Source: Capsulimonadaceae bacterium
GTDB taxonomy: Bacteria; Armatimonadota; Armatimonadia; Armatimonadales; Capsulimonadaceae
Assembly: GCA_965215505.1 (NCBI GenBank)
Contig: OZ244065.1
Span: forward strand, 2,240,001 to 2,304,000
DNA: 64,000 bases
Direction: 5' to 3'
The position numbers and the translations under genes were made by a program. Below, piece by piece: positions 9,472 to 19,126 of the stretch. A model generated the notes under the pieces. That model saw only the letters and a program-made list of their open reading frames with translations. It was not told where the DNA came from and did no database searches. How positions within the stretch are numbered: position 1 is the stretch's first letter; each line of letters opens with the position of its first letter.

Positions 9472-10629
9472 TCACCACTCGGCGACCGCGCCGTCGGCGG
9501 TGCGCCACAGCGGGTTGCGCCAGCGGTGGCCGATGGCGGCCATCTCGCGGACTTTGGCCTCGTTGACCTCGATGCCCAGGCCCGGCCCCATCAGGCGGGG
9601 GACGTAGCCGGCCTGGTAATGGAAGACGGAGGGGTCGGCGAGGTAGTCCAGCAGGTCGGACCCCTGGTTGTAGTGGATACCGAGGCTCTGCTCCTGGATG
9701 AAGGCGTTCGGGGTACAGAAGTCGAGCTGCAAGGCCGCCGCCAGGGAGATCGGGCCGAGCGGGCAGTGGGGGGCGACGGCGACATCGTAGGCCTCGGCCA
9801 TGGCGGCGATCTTGCGGGTCTCCCAGATGCCCCCGGCGTGGCTCAGGTCGGGCTGGATGATGTCCACGTTGCCTGCCGCCAGCAGGGGCTTGAAGTCCCA
9901 GCGCGTGTACATCCGCTCGCCGGTGGCGATGGGGATGCTGGTGTGGCGCGCGATCTCGGCCAAGGCCTCGTTGTTCTCGGCCAGGACCGGCTCTTCGAAG
10001 AACATCGGCGCGAACGGCTCCAAGGCTTTCATAAGCATCTTCGCCATGCTCTTGTGGACGCGCCCATGAAAGTCAATGCCAAGGCCGACGGCGGGGCCGA
10101 CGGCCTCGCGGACGGAAGCCAGCCGGGCGACGGCCTCGTTGATCTTGAGGGTCGAATCAATCCATTCAAGCGCGCCCGTGGCGTTCATCTTGAGGGCGGT
10201 GTAGCCGGAAGCCACCAAAGCGCGGGCGGACGCGGCGGCGTCGGCGGGGTCATCGCCGCCGATCCAGGCGTAGACGCGCATCCTGTCCCGGACGGGGCCG
10301 CCCAGGAGGTCGTAGACGGGGACGCCCAGGCGGCGGCCTTTGAGGTCCCACAAGGCCTGCTCGATGCCCGAAATGGCGCTGGTCAGGACGGGGCCACCCC
10401 GGTAAAAGCCGCCCCTATAGAGTGTCTGCCAGAGGTCCTCGATGTGGTTGGAATCCTTGCCGATGAGCGAGTCGCTCATCTCCTCGACGGCGGCGCGGAC
10501 GGTTTCGGCGCGGCCCTCGACGATTGGCTCCCCCCACCCCGCCCGCCCGTCTTCCGTCGTGATCTTCAGGAACAGCCAGCGGGGCGGGACGGCGAACAGC
10601 TCCAGGCTGCGGATATGGCTCTCGTTCAT
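9472..10629 (-). CDS. dgoD: Galactonate dehydratase
   Basis: VPPRWLFLKI, GWGEP, FYRGG, DFHGR, QPDLSHAGGI and APHCPLGP motifs. Confidence 0.93.
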   Translation of the reverse strand: MNESHIRSLELFAVPPRWLFLKITTEDGRAGWGEPIVEGRAETVRAAVEEMSDSLIGKDSNHIEDLWQTLYRGGFYRGGPVLTSAISGIEQALWDLKGRRLGVPVYDLLGGPVRDRMRVYAWIGGDDPADAAASARALVASGYTALKMNATGALEWIDSTLKINEAVARLASVREAVGPAVGLGIDFHGRVHKSMAKMLMKALEPFAPMFFEEPVLAENNEALAEIARHTSIPIATGERMYTRWDFKPLLAAGNVDIIQPDLSHAGGIWETRKIAAMAEAYDVAVAPHCPLGPISLAAALQLDFCTPNAFIQEQSLGIHYNQGSDLLDYLADPSVFHYQAGYVPRLMGPGLGIEVNEAKVREMAAIGHRWRNPLWRTADGAVAEW

Positions 10630-11294
10630 CGGGTTTGTTCGCCTTTCAGGGCAGTGCGGGCCGCCGCCATCGCTTGGACGTATTCGCGCGCCATGGCCGT
10701 CAGTCCAGCCCAGTCGCGGTCGCGCAGGGCGGACTTGCTGACCAGGTTACCACCCAGGGCGACGCCCGTGCTGCCTGCCTGCATGTAGGCGGCGAGGTTT
10801 TCCAGCGAAACGCCGCCGGTCGGGATGACTCGGAGGAACGGCAGGGGGGCGCGCAGGGCGCGGACGTAGGCCGGCCCCAGTGTGTCGGCGGGGAACAGCT
10901 TGATGAAGTCCGCCCCGGCCCGGTGCGCGGCCAGGGCCTCCGTCGGGGTCATGCACCCGCAGGCGATGGGCAGGGCGTTCGCACGGCAGAGGGCGATGGT
11001 TTCCGGCTGGAGGGTGGGCGTGACGATGAACTCCGCGCCCGCCTCGTGCGCGGCACGGGCGTCGTCGGGTCCGAGGATGGTGCCCGCGCCGACGCGCAGG
11101 GCGGGCGAGAGCGCGCGGCGGATGGCGGCGATGGCGTGCAGTGCGCCGGGCGTATTCAGGGTGATCTCCATGGCCCGGAGGCCGCCCTCAGCCAGTGCCT
11201 CGGCGACGCGGATCAGGTCCACCTCGGCGTCGGTGCGGACGATGGCGATCAGGCCGATCTCTTCCAGTTCGGCGGCGGTCAGCGTGTCAGACAT
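10626..11294 (-). CDS. eda: KDPG/KDPGal aldolase
   Basis: EIT, VGAGT, TPTE, KLFPA and PTGGV motifs. Confidence 0.9.
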   Translation of the reverse strand: MSDTLTAAELEEIGLIAIVRTDAEVDLIRVAEALAEGGLRAMEITLNTPGALHAIAAIRRALSPALRVGAGTILGPDDARAAHEAGAEFIVTPTLQPETIALCRANALPIACGCMTPTEALAAHRAGADFIKLFPADTLGPAYVRALRAPLPFLRVIPTGGVSLENLAAYMQAGSTGVALGGNLVSKSALRDRDWAGLTAMAREYVQAMAAARTALKGEQTR

Positions 11295-11305
11295 TTTTAG
11301 CCCCC

Positions 11306-12280
11306 TCAGCGCCAGGCGGCGCGGCCCTCGCGTGCCCGGACGGATTCCACGTCGGCACGCGTGGCGAGCAGCAGGTCTCCCAGGATCGTGCGCTTGAGCG
11401 CCCCGGCGGCGGCACCCATCTGCAAGGCGTCTTCCAGGGCTGACCCTCTTAGATATTCCGCCAGGAAGCCGGCGGCAAACGCATCCCCGGACCCGAAGCG
11501 CTCCACGGTCGTCTCGACCGGGACGGCGGGGACGGTGCGACAGCGGTTCACGTCGCAGGCGGTCGCGCCGTCCGCCCCAGCCGTCAGGACCGCCACGGGG
11601 ACGCCGAAGCGGGCGCGCAGGCTGGAGGCGCGGGCGGCATCATCCCCGGACAGTCCGAAGAGCCGGGCGGCATCATCACGCGCGCAGAAGAGCAGGTCTG
11701 CTGACGGGATGAGCAGGGCCAGGGTGTCAGCGGCGGCCTCCGGGGTCCAGAGTTTGGCCCGGTAGTTGATGTCTAGCGAAACCGTCCGCCCGCGCGCTTT
11801 GGCCCGCGCTACGGCGTCGGTGACGGCATCGGCGCAGGAGACCGAGAGGGCGGGCGTGATGCCGCTGACGTGCAGGTGCCGGTGGGTGTCAAAGAGCGCA
11901 TCGGGCAGGTCGGGGGGGGACAGGAACGAGGCGGCGGAATGGGCGCGGTCGTAGAAGACCGCCCCGGCGCGCGGCTCCGCCCCCGCCTCGGAATAGAGCA
12001 GACCGACGCGCTCGGCGGGCGGCGTCCAGACGACGTGGGAGACGTCTACATTCGCGGCGCGCAGGGCGTCGGCGACCTTGCGGCCCGGCGGGTTGTCCGG
12101 CAGGCGGCTCACCCACGAGACGGTCAGGCCCAGCACGGCAAGGGCGGCGGCGACGTTGGACTCCGAGCCTGCCACCCAGACGTCAAGGGACGTTGCCTGG
12201 GCCAGCCGCAGACGGCCCGGCGGGGACAGGCGCAGCATCGTCTCGCCGAAGGTCAGAACGTCCCGCTCAGGCTGGGTCAT
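11306..12280 (-). CDS. kdgK: PfkB sugar kinase, 2-keto-3-deoxygluconate/galactonate kinase-like
   Basis: FGETMLRLS, GSESNVA, DINYRAKLW and GSGDAFAAG motifs. Confidence 0.85.
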   Translation of the reverse strand: MTQPERDVLTFGETMLRLSPPGRLRLAQATSLDVWVAGSESNVAAALAVLGLTVSWVSRLPDNPPGRKVADALRAANVDVSHVVWTPPAERVGLLYSEAGAEPRAGAVFYDRAHSAASFLSPPDLPDALFDTHRHLHVSGITPALSVSCADAVTDAVARAKARGRTVSLDINYRAKLWTPEAAADTLALLIPSADLLFCARDDAARLFGLSGDDAARASSLRARFGVPVAVLTAGADGATACDVNRCRTVPAVPVETTVERFGSGDAFAAGFLAEYLRGSALEDALQMGAAAGALKRTILGDLLLATRADVESVRAREGRAAWR

Positions 12281-12289
12281 CGGGTGCCC

Positions 12290-14014
12290 TCACTTGGCGC
12301 TCGCCACAGGCTTGCCCCAGGCCTTCTGCGCCCACACGTCCATGGGGGCGTAGTTGTCGCCCCAAGTCGTGTACATCGCGCCGACGACGCCCGGCAGGCC
12401 CTTGTCACCGGCGATCCACTTCTGGATGCCTTCCCCGCTCTCGTCGCCGTCGTAGTAGCCGGACAGGACCTGTCTCAGCCCCAGGTCGGCGAAGAATTTG
12501 CTGTCCTTCGCGCCTCCGCTGCCGTTCCAGTTCACGAGGCCGACATCTTTGTCCAGACCCTTCCACGAGCCTTGGAGCGACCCGTTCACGAGGTAGAAGC
12601 GGTCCGTGGCGTTGTGGTATGGGTCGAACATGTCGCTCCAGACCCAGATTCCGGCGTCGGGCCGGATCGCCCGGATGATGCCCGCCGACTTGTGGATGTT
12701 CCAGGCCAGGAGCTGGCCGGGCGTCATGTGCATCGCTTGGCACGACGCGCACTGGTCCATGACCCGCATCTCGTCGTGTTCCATGAGGAAGGCGGCGGGG
12801 TGGTACAGGTCGTTGGCCGACTTCACCTCGGCCCGCCAGTCGTCGAAGATCTTCGGCTCGCTAAGGCATTCCGTGATGCGGTCCTCGTAGATGATGACCG
12901 GGTGGTAGTAGCTCACCCGTAGCCGCTGGCCCTCTTTAATGCGCGAGCCAGGCATAAGGTGGATGAAGGGCGGATCGTGGTAGGCGATCCAGGGCTGAAG
13001 CCGAGGGTCCACGATCTTCGCGTAGTCGCGCCCTTCCTCGTAGGCCGTGCCGTCCTCGCCGCGCACGGTGACGGGGCAGCCGGGGCGGCGCATGACGTTC
13101 ACGAGGCCGACCTCATCTATGTGAAAATCGTCCCACCAGACCTTGCCGGTGGTCCCGCCCCACGTCCCCAAATACAGCGTTCCCTTCGTGTTGTCCAGGC
13201 TGTTGAAGGCCAGGTCGTAGTGCTTCCAGTCCTGGGTGGCATCGCAGTGGAAAGTCTGGTAGCTGATGCCGCTTTGCCCATCCGCCGTCAGCAGCTTGAC
13301 CTCGGGCGAGAACCCGCCCGCCATGTCCTGCGTCTTGACCCAGAAGGAGACGTGGTACTGGCGGTGCGGCTGGAGCGCGACGGTCTGCATGACGCGGCAG
13401 TGCTGGCCGTCGTTCTTGCCGGGGTTCTCCATGCGGAGGGAGGTCCTGCCGCCGTGCGTGACGGCATGGTCGGCGAAGGTGGTGACGCCCTCGCTGTCCT
13501 GGAACGACCAGCCGTTGAAGTGGTTGCCGGTCACGTCCTCAAAGTCGCCATTCGCAACATGGGTCGGATTGTCCGGCTGGAAGGAGGCCGCGCCGCCGTG
13601 CGCGACGAACAGGGCATCCCTGGTCAGCACCCCTTCTTCATAATTGGGGTCGTGCGCCCCGCCCATGACCATCGCGACCAGCCCCAGCCCGTACTTGTCG
13701 GCGGCCGACTTGAACTCCGCCGCTTTGGCGGGCGCGACGTTGGACGAGAAGACGACCGCGTTGAAGCCGTCGGCCTGGGCGCGCGGGAACTCGGCGATGG
13801 TGCGGTCTACTTGCTTGGGGTCGCTCATATCCCGCCAGAAGAAGAGCCAGCGTTTCTGCATAGTCGGGGACGTGAGCAGCGCGGCGGCTCGGATGGCGGG
13901 CTTGGGTGTGGCTTTTTTGGCGACCTGCTTTGGCACGGCCCCAGCGCCGCCGCAGAGCAACGCGCTGACCGATAGCGCGAGAAGCGTTTGGATCACGATA
14001 CGGCAGTGCATCAT
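12290..14014 (-). CDS. Secreted putative glycoside hydrolase with an inserted CBM4/9-like domain
   Basis: Signal peptide; NGDFE...SFWVKT module; HDEMR, WVWSDM and MYTTW are GH20-like barrel features. Confidence 0.65.
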   Translation of the reverse strand: MMHCRIVIQTLLALSVSALLCGGAGAVPKQVAKKATPKPAIRAAALLTSPTMQKRWLFFWRDMSDPKQVDRTIAEFPRAQADGFNAVVFSSNVAPAKAAEFKSAADKYGLGLVAMVMGGAHDPNYEEGVLTRDALFVAHGGAASFQPDNPTHVANGDFEDVTGNHFNGWSFQDSEGVTTFADHAVTHGGRTSLRMENPGKNDGQHCRVMQTVALQPHRQYHVSFWVKTQDMAGGFSPEVKLLTADGQSGISYQTFHCDATQDWKHYDLAFNSLDNTKGTLYLGTWGGTTGKVWWDDFHIDEVGLVNVMRRPGCPVTVRGEDGTAYEEGRDYAKIVDPRLQPWIAYHDPPFIHLMPGSRIKEGQRLRVSYYHPVIIYEDRITECLSEPKIFDDWRAEVKSANDLYHPAAFLMEHDEMRVMDQCASCQAMHMTPGQLLAWNIHKSAGIIRAIRPDAGIWVWSDMFDPYHNATDRFYLVNGSLQGSWKGLDKDVGLVNWNGSGGAKDSKFFADLGLRQVLSGYYDGDESGEGIQKWIAGDKGLPGVVGAMYTTWGDNYAPMDVWAQKAWGKPVASAK

Positions 14015-14035
14015 GGGATACTTACTTTCGTGCCC

Positions 14036-14794
14036 CTACACGTCCAGGATGACGCGGGCGGCTCCACCGAGGCGGGCGGCGGTCTCGGGGCGCAGGAACC
14101 GGCGTTGGTCGAGCTGCTGGGGCAGACCCCGGCGGGTGAAAAAGGAATGGAGCGCGCCGCGCGAGCGGTCGCTGCCGTTAGGAGTCCCGCCGTGCCAGAC
14201 GTGCGAGTTGAAGACGGCGACCGTCCCCGCAGGGGCGAGCAGAAGTACCTCGTCGGGGTGCGGGGCGGAAGGGTCTGCCACCACGTCACCGGGATACTTG
14301 CCGCTCCGGTGGGTGCCGGGGACCAGCCTGGTGGGGCCGTTGTCGGGCGTGAAGTCGTCGAGCAGCCAGATCGAGTTGCACACATCATAAACGCCCGGCG
14401 CGGGGGGCAGGCCGCCGTCGTTGTGCAAGGCCTGGAGGCCCTCACCGGGGAGGGCGGCGCGGCTGTTGAGCGACGACAGCTTCAGGTCGCCGCCCAGGAC
14501 GTGCGCGACGGCGGCCAGCACGCGCGGGTGCGTGAAGCAGACTTCAAACATCGGGTCCTTGTTGACGAGGTCGGAGAGCCGGTCCGCCCCCGCCTCCTGA
14601 TGGACTTCTTTGCCCGCGTCCTCGCCTTCTTGCAAGGACAGCTCGCGCGTCCGCCGCCGCAGGGCGTCCACCTGTTCCAGGCTGAGGATGCCGGGCAGCG
14701 GCAGGAAGCCGTCGCGGTCGAGTTGGTCTTTCTCGGCGGCGGTCAGCGTGTCGTCGCGGACGCCCAGGGCGTAGAGTGCTTCGGCGATGGTCAT
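14036..14794 (-). CDS. PhyH-family 2OG-Fe(II) dioxygenase
   Basis: DGFL, LHND, NGPTRLVPGTH and WHGG motifs. Confidence 0.9.
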   Translation of the reverse strand: MTIAEALYALGVRDDTLTAAEKDQLDRDGFLPLPGILSLEQVDALRRRTRELSLQEGEDAGKEVHQEAGADRLSDLVNKDPMFEVCFTHPRVLAAVAHVLGGDLKLSSLNSRAALPGEGLQALHNDGGLPPAPGVYDVCNSIWLLDDFTPDNGPTRLVPGTHRSGKYPGDVVADPSAPHPDEVLLLAPAGTVAVFNSHVWHGGTPNGSDRSRGALHSFFTRRGLPQQLDQRRFLRPETAARLGGAARVILDV

Positions 14795-14832
14795 TGTCGA
14801 TCTTCCGACGGGAGATGGGAGTAGTAAAGAGA

Positions 14833-14887
14833 AGGGCGCGATTCATCGCGCCCCACACGGTCCGCCCCGTAGAGGCCTTGCCCCTAC
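14833..14887. repeat. REP family A copy plus a collapsed GTAG..CTAC palindrome containing the galM stop
   Basis: AGGGCGCGATTCATCGCGCCCCAC and GTAGAGGCCTTGCCCCTAC. Confidence 0.75.
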
Positions 14888-16035
14888 CGCACGGAGAACT
14901 GGTACACCGTCGTCTGGTGGTACGTCTCGCCGGGCTTCAGTTCGGTCGTCGGGAACTCGGGGTGGTTCGGCGAGTCGGGGAAGTGCTGGGCCTCCAGGGC
15001 GAACGCGCCCCGATGAGCGTAGGTTTTGCCGCCCTTGCCCTTGAGCGTGCCGGTCAGGAAATTGCTGGAGTAGAACTGGACGCCGGGCTGGTCCGTGTAT
15101 TCGGTGAGGACCCGGCCCGTGCGGGGCGAGTAGGCGCGGACGGCAAGCCGGAGGCCGCTGCCGTTGATGATGAAGTTGTGGTCGTAGCCGCTGCCGGTCG
15201 CGAGCTGCGCGTCTTTCACGTCAATGCGCTCGCCGATGGCGTGGGGCCGGCGGAAGTCGAAGGGCGTTCCGGCGACCGGGCGCGAGGGTCCGAGCGGGAT
15301 CTGCGTCTTGTCCACAGGCGAGAACCGGTCGGCGTTGACCATCAGCCGGGTCGCAAGGACCGTCCCGTTGCCCGCGCCGTTCAGGTTGAAGTAGGAGTGG
15401 TTGGTCGGGTTGAAGACGGTGTCCTTGTCGGTCTTGGCCGTGTAGACGATCCGCAGGGCGTCGTCGTCCGTCCAGGTGTAGACAACGGTGACATCGAGGT
15501 TTCCGGGGAAGCCTTCGTCGCCATCCTTACTGAGCAGGCTCAGGGCCAGACCGACGCTGCCGGGGTGCTTGACGGGGACGGCAGTCCAGACCCGCTTGTC
15601 GAAGCCGACCTTGCCTCCGTGCAGGCTGTTCGGGCCGTTGTTGACGAACAGCTTGTAGGTCTGATTATCCAGCGTGAACCGGCCCTTGGCGATCCGGTTA
15701 CCGTAGCGGCCGATGAGCGCGCCGAAGTAGGGGCTGTCTTTCTCGTAGCGCGGGATGGAGTCGAAGCCCAGCACGACATCGCCGAGCCGCCCGCGCCGGT
15801 CGGGGACGAGGATGGACTGCACGATGCCGCCGTAGTTGGTGATCTTCACCTGCGCCCCGCGCGCGTTGGTGAGGGTGTAGAGCGAGACGGCCTCGCCGTT
15901 CTTGGTCTTGCCGAACGGCGCTCTGGTGATGCTGTCTGCCGACGCCGATGCCGCCAGCAGGGCCAGGGCGCTGCCCGCCAGTCCAGCCAGCCCTATGTTG
16001 CGCGCAAATGACTTCATGGTCGTAAATGACTTCAT
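14884..16035 (-). CDS. galM: Aldose 1-epimerase with signal peptide
   Basis: GRYGNRI, LHGG, NPTNHSYFNL, YDHN and LEAQHFPDSPN motifs; alternative ATG at 16017. Confidence 0.95.
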   Translation of the reverse strand: MKSFTTMKSFARNIGLAGLAGSALALLAASASADSITRAPFGKTKNGEAVSLYTLTNARGAQVKITNYGGIVQSILVPDRRGRLGDVVLGFDSIPRYEKDSPYFGALIGRYGNRIAKGRFTLDNQTYKLFVNNGPNSLHGGKVGFDKRVWTAVPVKHPGSVGLALSLLSKDGDEGFPGNLDVTVVYTWTDDDALRIVYTAKTDKDTVFNPTNHSYFNLNGAGNGTVLATRLMVNADRFSPVDKTQIPLGPSRPVAGTPFDFRRPHAIGERIDVKDAQLATGSGYDHNFIINGSGLRLAVRAYSPRTGRVLTEYTDQPGVQFYSSNFLTGTLKGKGGKTYAHRGAFALEAQHFPDSPNHPEFPTTELKPGETYHQTTVYQFSVR

Positions 16036-16148
16036 GGTCAATGAATGTCCTCCTCCAAACAGTGTGCCTTGAAACAGTGTGCCTCGTTTCAGGCTGCCGC
16101 CATGATACCACAACCGCGCGTTTATGGCAAATGTGCCGGGGAGAGGGG

Positions 16149-16299
16149 CCCCCACCCCCTGCCCCCGCAAGCGGGAGAGGGGAGCCGGAGAGGAAGGGCG
16201 CGGACGAGGAAGGGGAGACAGATGAAGAAGGGCGCACACGCAGGTGCGCCCCTACGGGCGCAGGGGGGGGCGGTGTAGGGGCACGATTTATCGCGCCCT
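16149..16299. repeat. Mixed palindrome cluster: one family B copy and two family A REPs
   Basis: CCCCCGCAAGCGGGAGAGGGG at 16162-16182; REPs at 16229-16255 and 16275-16299. Confidence 0.8.
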
Positions 16300-16323
16300 C
16301 CTGCCTGGCCTTCTTCTGCCGCC

Positions 16324-17013
16324 TCACGCCACCGTGTACCATGAATCAATCACGGTGATGCCGGTGTAGTTGGGCCGCTCGGAAACAGTCGCGCCCTGGA
16401 AGGTGAGGCCAAAGTCCAGGGGCGTCTCGGTCCGCGCGAGACGCAGGACGTGGCCCTTGAAGTCCAGCGTGACGCCGCCCGTGGCGGCACGGCGCACCGC
16501 CAGCCGCCAGACCGGGGTGTCTGACCCGAAGGCGCGCAGGTTATTGGTGTCTAAATGTGCCAGGAGCAGTCCGCCGGGCGCGAGCATGGCGTAAGCGTGT
16601 TGGAGGAAGCCCAACTTATCGCCAACGTAATGCAGGCCGTGAACGCAGGTGACGAGGTCAGCGGGCCGATCCAGGGTGAACGCAGCGACATCCGCCGCCG
16701 TCAGGGTGACATTGGACACCTGCTCCGGCGTGAACATCTTCACCAGGTCCACGCCGACGATCTGGACCTGACGGCCCCACTCGGAGGCGGCGAACTGCTC
16801 CCCGGCCTCCACCGGCGCGCGCCCTTCCCCGCAGCAGGCGTCGTACCACAGGGCTGCGCCGCGCTCCTGGACGCGCCCGGCCAGGAAGTCCGTGAGGGAG
16901 AAGCGCAACTCGCGCTCATAGGAGTTGACGCCGCTAAAGCCGCGTCCCCGGTTCATGGTGGCGTTAGCGACGACGGGGGAGGCGAGGAGTTCGTCGGGGC
17001 GCAGCAGGGTCAT
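16324..17013 (-). CDS. Class I SAM-dependent methyltransferase
   Basis: WYDACCGEG, VGVDL, DLVTCVHGLHY and LAPGG motifs. Confidence 0.85.
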   Translation of the reverse strand: MTLLRPDELLASPVVANATMNRGRGFSGVNSYERELRFSLTDFLAGRVQERGAALWYDACCGEGRAPVEAGEQFAASEWGRQVQIVGVDLVKMFTPEQVSNVTLTAADVAAFTLDRPADLVTCVHGLHYVGDKLGFLQHAYAMLAPGGLLLAHLDTNNLRAFGSDTPVWRLAVRRAATGGVTLDFKGHVLRLARTETPLDFGLTFQGATVSERPNYTGITVIDSWYTVA

Positions 17014-17609
17014 GGGAGATTGGCTTGAGAGTATCCGGCCCGGCGGAGACTGATGAGCGCCTGCGGATAGGGGTCACGTTCCACCAGTTCCTTGACTTTG
17101 AGGGCGCATTGCTCGGCGGACGAGACCGACGTGTCCAGTTCAAGGTCATAGACCCCATGCCGATGGACCTGGCTCAACTGGCGCTCCGCCTGCCCCTCCG
17201 CACGGTCCCCGCGCGCCAGCTCCCGCCGCCGCAGTTCCTCCAGGGGACAATGCACTCCGATGAGATAGACGGTGTAGGGGGCCAGCAGTTCCAGGCACTC
17301 TTCCAGCCAGTTGTAAGGCTCCACTTCCTGAATGAGAAGGTGGTCCACAATCAGGTTACTGCCGGCAGCGGCGAGTGCCGCCACCGAATGATGGAAGCCG
17401 GAGAGCAGCCGGTTAAACATGGGCTGCCATAGGGGTGAGCCAGGTTCTGCGAACTTGTCACGCCCCGGCATCATGTCCTCGAAGCTGTCTATGGGGACGT
17501 GTAGATAGGGCGTATCCATGACCTGCTGCAAGGATTTGGCGAGGGTTGTCTTGCCGGAGCTGGAGGTGCCGTTGAGGAGTATAATCGTGACGGCTTCTCT
17601 GTCTTCCAC
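17010..17609 (-). CDS. Chloramphenicol phosphotransferase-like kinase
   Basis: LNGTSSSGKTT, RRELARGDR and YDLELDTS motifs; GTG start. Confidence 0.88.
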   Translation of the reverse strand: MEDREAVTIILLNGTSSSGKTTLAKSLQQVMDTPYLHVPIDSFEDMMPGRDKFAEPGSPLWQPMFNRLLSGFHHSVAALAAAGSNLIVDHLLIQEVEPYNWLEECLELLAPYTVYLIGVHCPLEELRRRELARGDRAEGQAERQLSQVHRHGVYDLELDTSVSSAEQCALKVKELVERDPYPQALISLRRAGYSQANLP

Positions 17610-17717
17610 GGTTCATCGTCCCCGCACGGGCCACGCCAAACAGCATCACCTATGGGCGTGCCACCTAGTCAGTGGCACGGAGCATAAACATCCGGGGATA
17701 TTGAAGGAGTGTAAATA

Positions 17718-17790
17718 TGGGCCCAGAGGGATTCGAACCCCCAACCTACCAGTTATGAGCCGGCAGCTCTAACCGTTGAGCTATAGGCCC
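17718..17790 (-). tRNA. tRNA with CAT anticodon, probably Ile2 (lysidine)
   Basis: GGGCCTATAGCTCAACGGTTAGAGC...CTCATAA...GGTTCGAATCC...GGGCCCA. Paired G1-C72 excludes fMet; CCA is not encoded. Confidence 0.9.
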
Positions 17791-18602
17791 TCAACACCGT
17801 TATTATAGCATATTCTCTCGACCGTGTTGATAGCCCTGCGGACTTTATCCCAGTCTTGTTCCGGGGGTTTCCGGTTCAAGGCGTTGGTCAGCCAGGTAGA
17901 GCGGTCTTGCTGCTCCCGGACAAGCTGGTCAAGATCAATCTTTATGTCTTGGCGCAGGCCTCCCGCGAGGACGGCGACGACTCGCTCCGACATGGCCGCC
18001 ATGAACCGCTCGTGGAACGATCTCACTTCCTCCACGAAGGCGGAGACGGGCAGGGTGATCTCCCCGGCGGTCGCCTCCCAGACAGGCAAGGCATCGAGCG
18101 TTACCGCCCGGTTATCCCACCGGAGGTGGAATGTGTCACCCTGCACCCAGAGCCACACCTTCGGCGGGTGGCACAGGAAACCGGCATCCCAGCTACGTTC
18201 CGACCACCACAGGAAGGCGGTGTTGCACAGGCCCCAGGAGTGTTCGTCATCGCGCCCTTCTGCCCACGCCCACGCTCCGTCTTGCAGCTCCTGCCACGTC
18301 TGCTTGCCCTCGATGCGTTCCGCGAGATCGTCAGGGACAGGCTCAAGGATGTCGGGGAGGCGGTCGAGCAGGTCTTCCCAAGGCCGCACGATCTGGTAAT
18401 CCATATAAGGCAGAGATTTTGGACGCTCCGGGACCTCGGCGGTCCAATAGTCAAGGACCGGCTGCGTATATCGGAAAAGCTCTTGGTTGCCTGCCTGCCA
18501 CCAGCACCACCCGTCGGATAGGCCGAACCAGTGCAGGACGGGCTGGTCCCCGCCCCACGGCTCGACTTCCTCTAAAGGGCGCAAGCGGAGTCGAAAGAGC
18601 AT
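17781..18602 (-). CDS. DUF5984-like protein
   Basis: LRPLEEVEPWG...LHWFGLSDG N-terminus; ATG 18602 lies just after the upstream stop; 3' end overlaps the tRNA. Confidence 0.7.
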   Translation of the reverse strand: MLFRLRLRPLEEVEPWGGDQPVLHWFGLSDGWCWWQAGNQELFRYTQPVLDYWTAEVPERPKSLPYMDYQIVRPWEDLLDRLPDILEPVPDDLAERIEGKQTWQELQDGAWAWAEGRDDEHSWGLCNTAFLWWSERSWDAGFLCHPPKVWLWVQGDTFHLRWDNRAVTLDALPVWEATAGEITLPVSAFVEEVRSFHERFMAAMSERVVAVLAGGLRQDIKIDLDQLVREQQDRSTWLTNALNRKPPEQDWDKVRRAINTVERICYNNGVEGL

Positions 18603-18607
18603 ATCTC

Positions 18608-19123
18608 TCACCACACACGCTTGGCCCAGCTCACCACGGCGTCGGCGACGGAGTGGGTGACGCCGCCGAGGACGAGGCCGATCAGGGCGCAGACGGCCCA
18701 GGAGGGGTGGGCGCTGGTCCAGTCGGTGGTGTACCCCCAGAAGCCGCCTAAAACGGCATCGCGGTTGACGGGGATGCCCGCCAGGATGAGCAGCCACAGG
18801 ACGGAGCGCATCAAGGCCCAGAGCATGACGAGGAAGTAGGCGACGCGGAAGATGGGGCCGAAACCGATGCCGTGCGAGACCCACGACCGGTGCGGGACGA
18901 GCTTCTGGTAGGGCCACCAGAGGAACCGGAAGGCCCCCCAGCGCTTGTAGGCGATGGAACGGGTATCCAGGTCATCGGACAGCCAGAAGCCGGAGAAGAG
19001 GTAGGCGGTCAGGCCGACCGTCAGGCCCACCCAGTCCCGCGCGGGCGCTTCCAGCCACCAGACGGGAACGGCGGCGAGGGCGGTGATGACGGTCAGTTTG
19101 TCGTGTGTCTTGCCGCTGGGCAA
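18608..19123 (-). CDS. DUF2227 metal-binding membrane protein
   Basis: PSGKTHD, LSDDLD, PHRSWVSH and THSVAD motifs. Confidence 0.88.
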   Translation of the reverse strand: MPSGKTHDKLTVITALAAVPVWWLEAPARDWVGLTVGLTAYLFSGFWLSDDLDTRSIAYKRWGAFRFLWWPYQKLVPHRSWVSHGIGFGPIFRVAYFLVMLWALMRSVLWLLILAGIPVNRDAVLGGFWGYTTDWTSAHPSWAVCALIGLVLGGVTHSVADAVVSWAKRVW

Positions 19124-19126
19124 TGC

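Noticed and set aside
17010-17609. Chloramphenicol resistance gene
   Set aside because: Family-level motif only; substrate cannot be inferred.
16324-17790. tRNA-integrated island (methyltransferase + CPT-like kinase)
   Set aside because: No integrase and no duplicated tRNA 3' end found; only a mild composition shift.
17781-18917. 378-aa version of the DUF5984-like ORF
   Set aside because: The extension overlaps the DUF2227 gene out of frame; ATG 18602 fits better.
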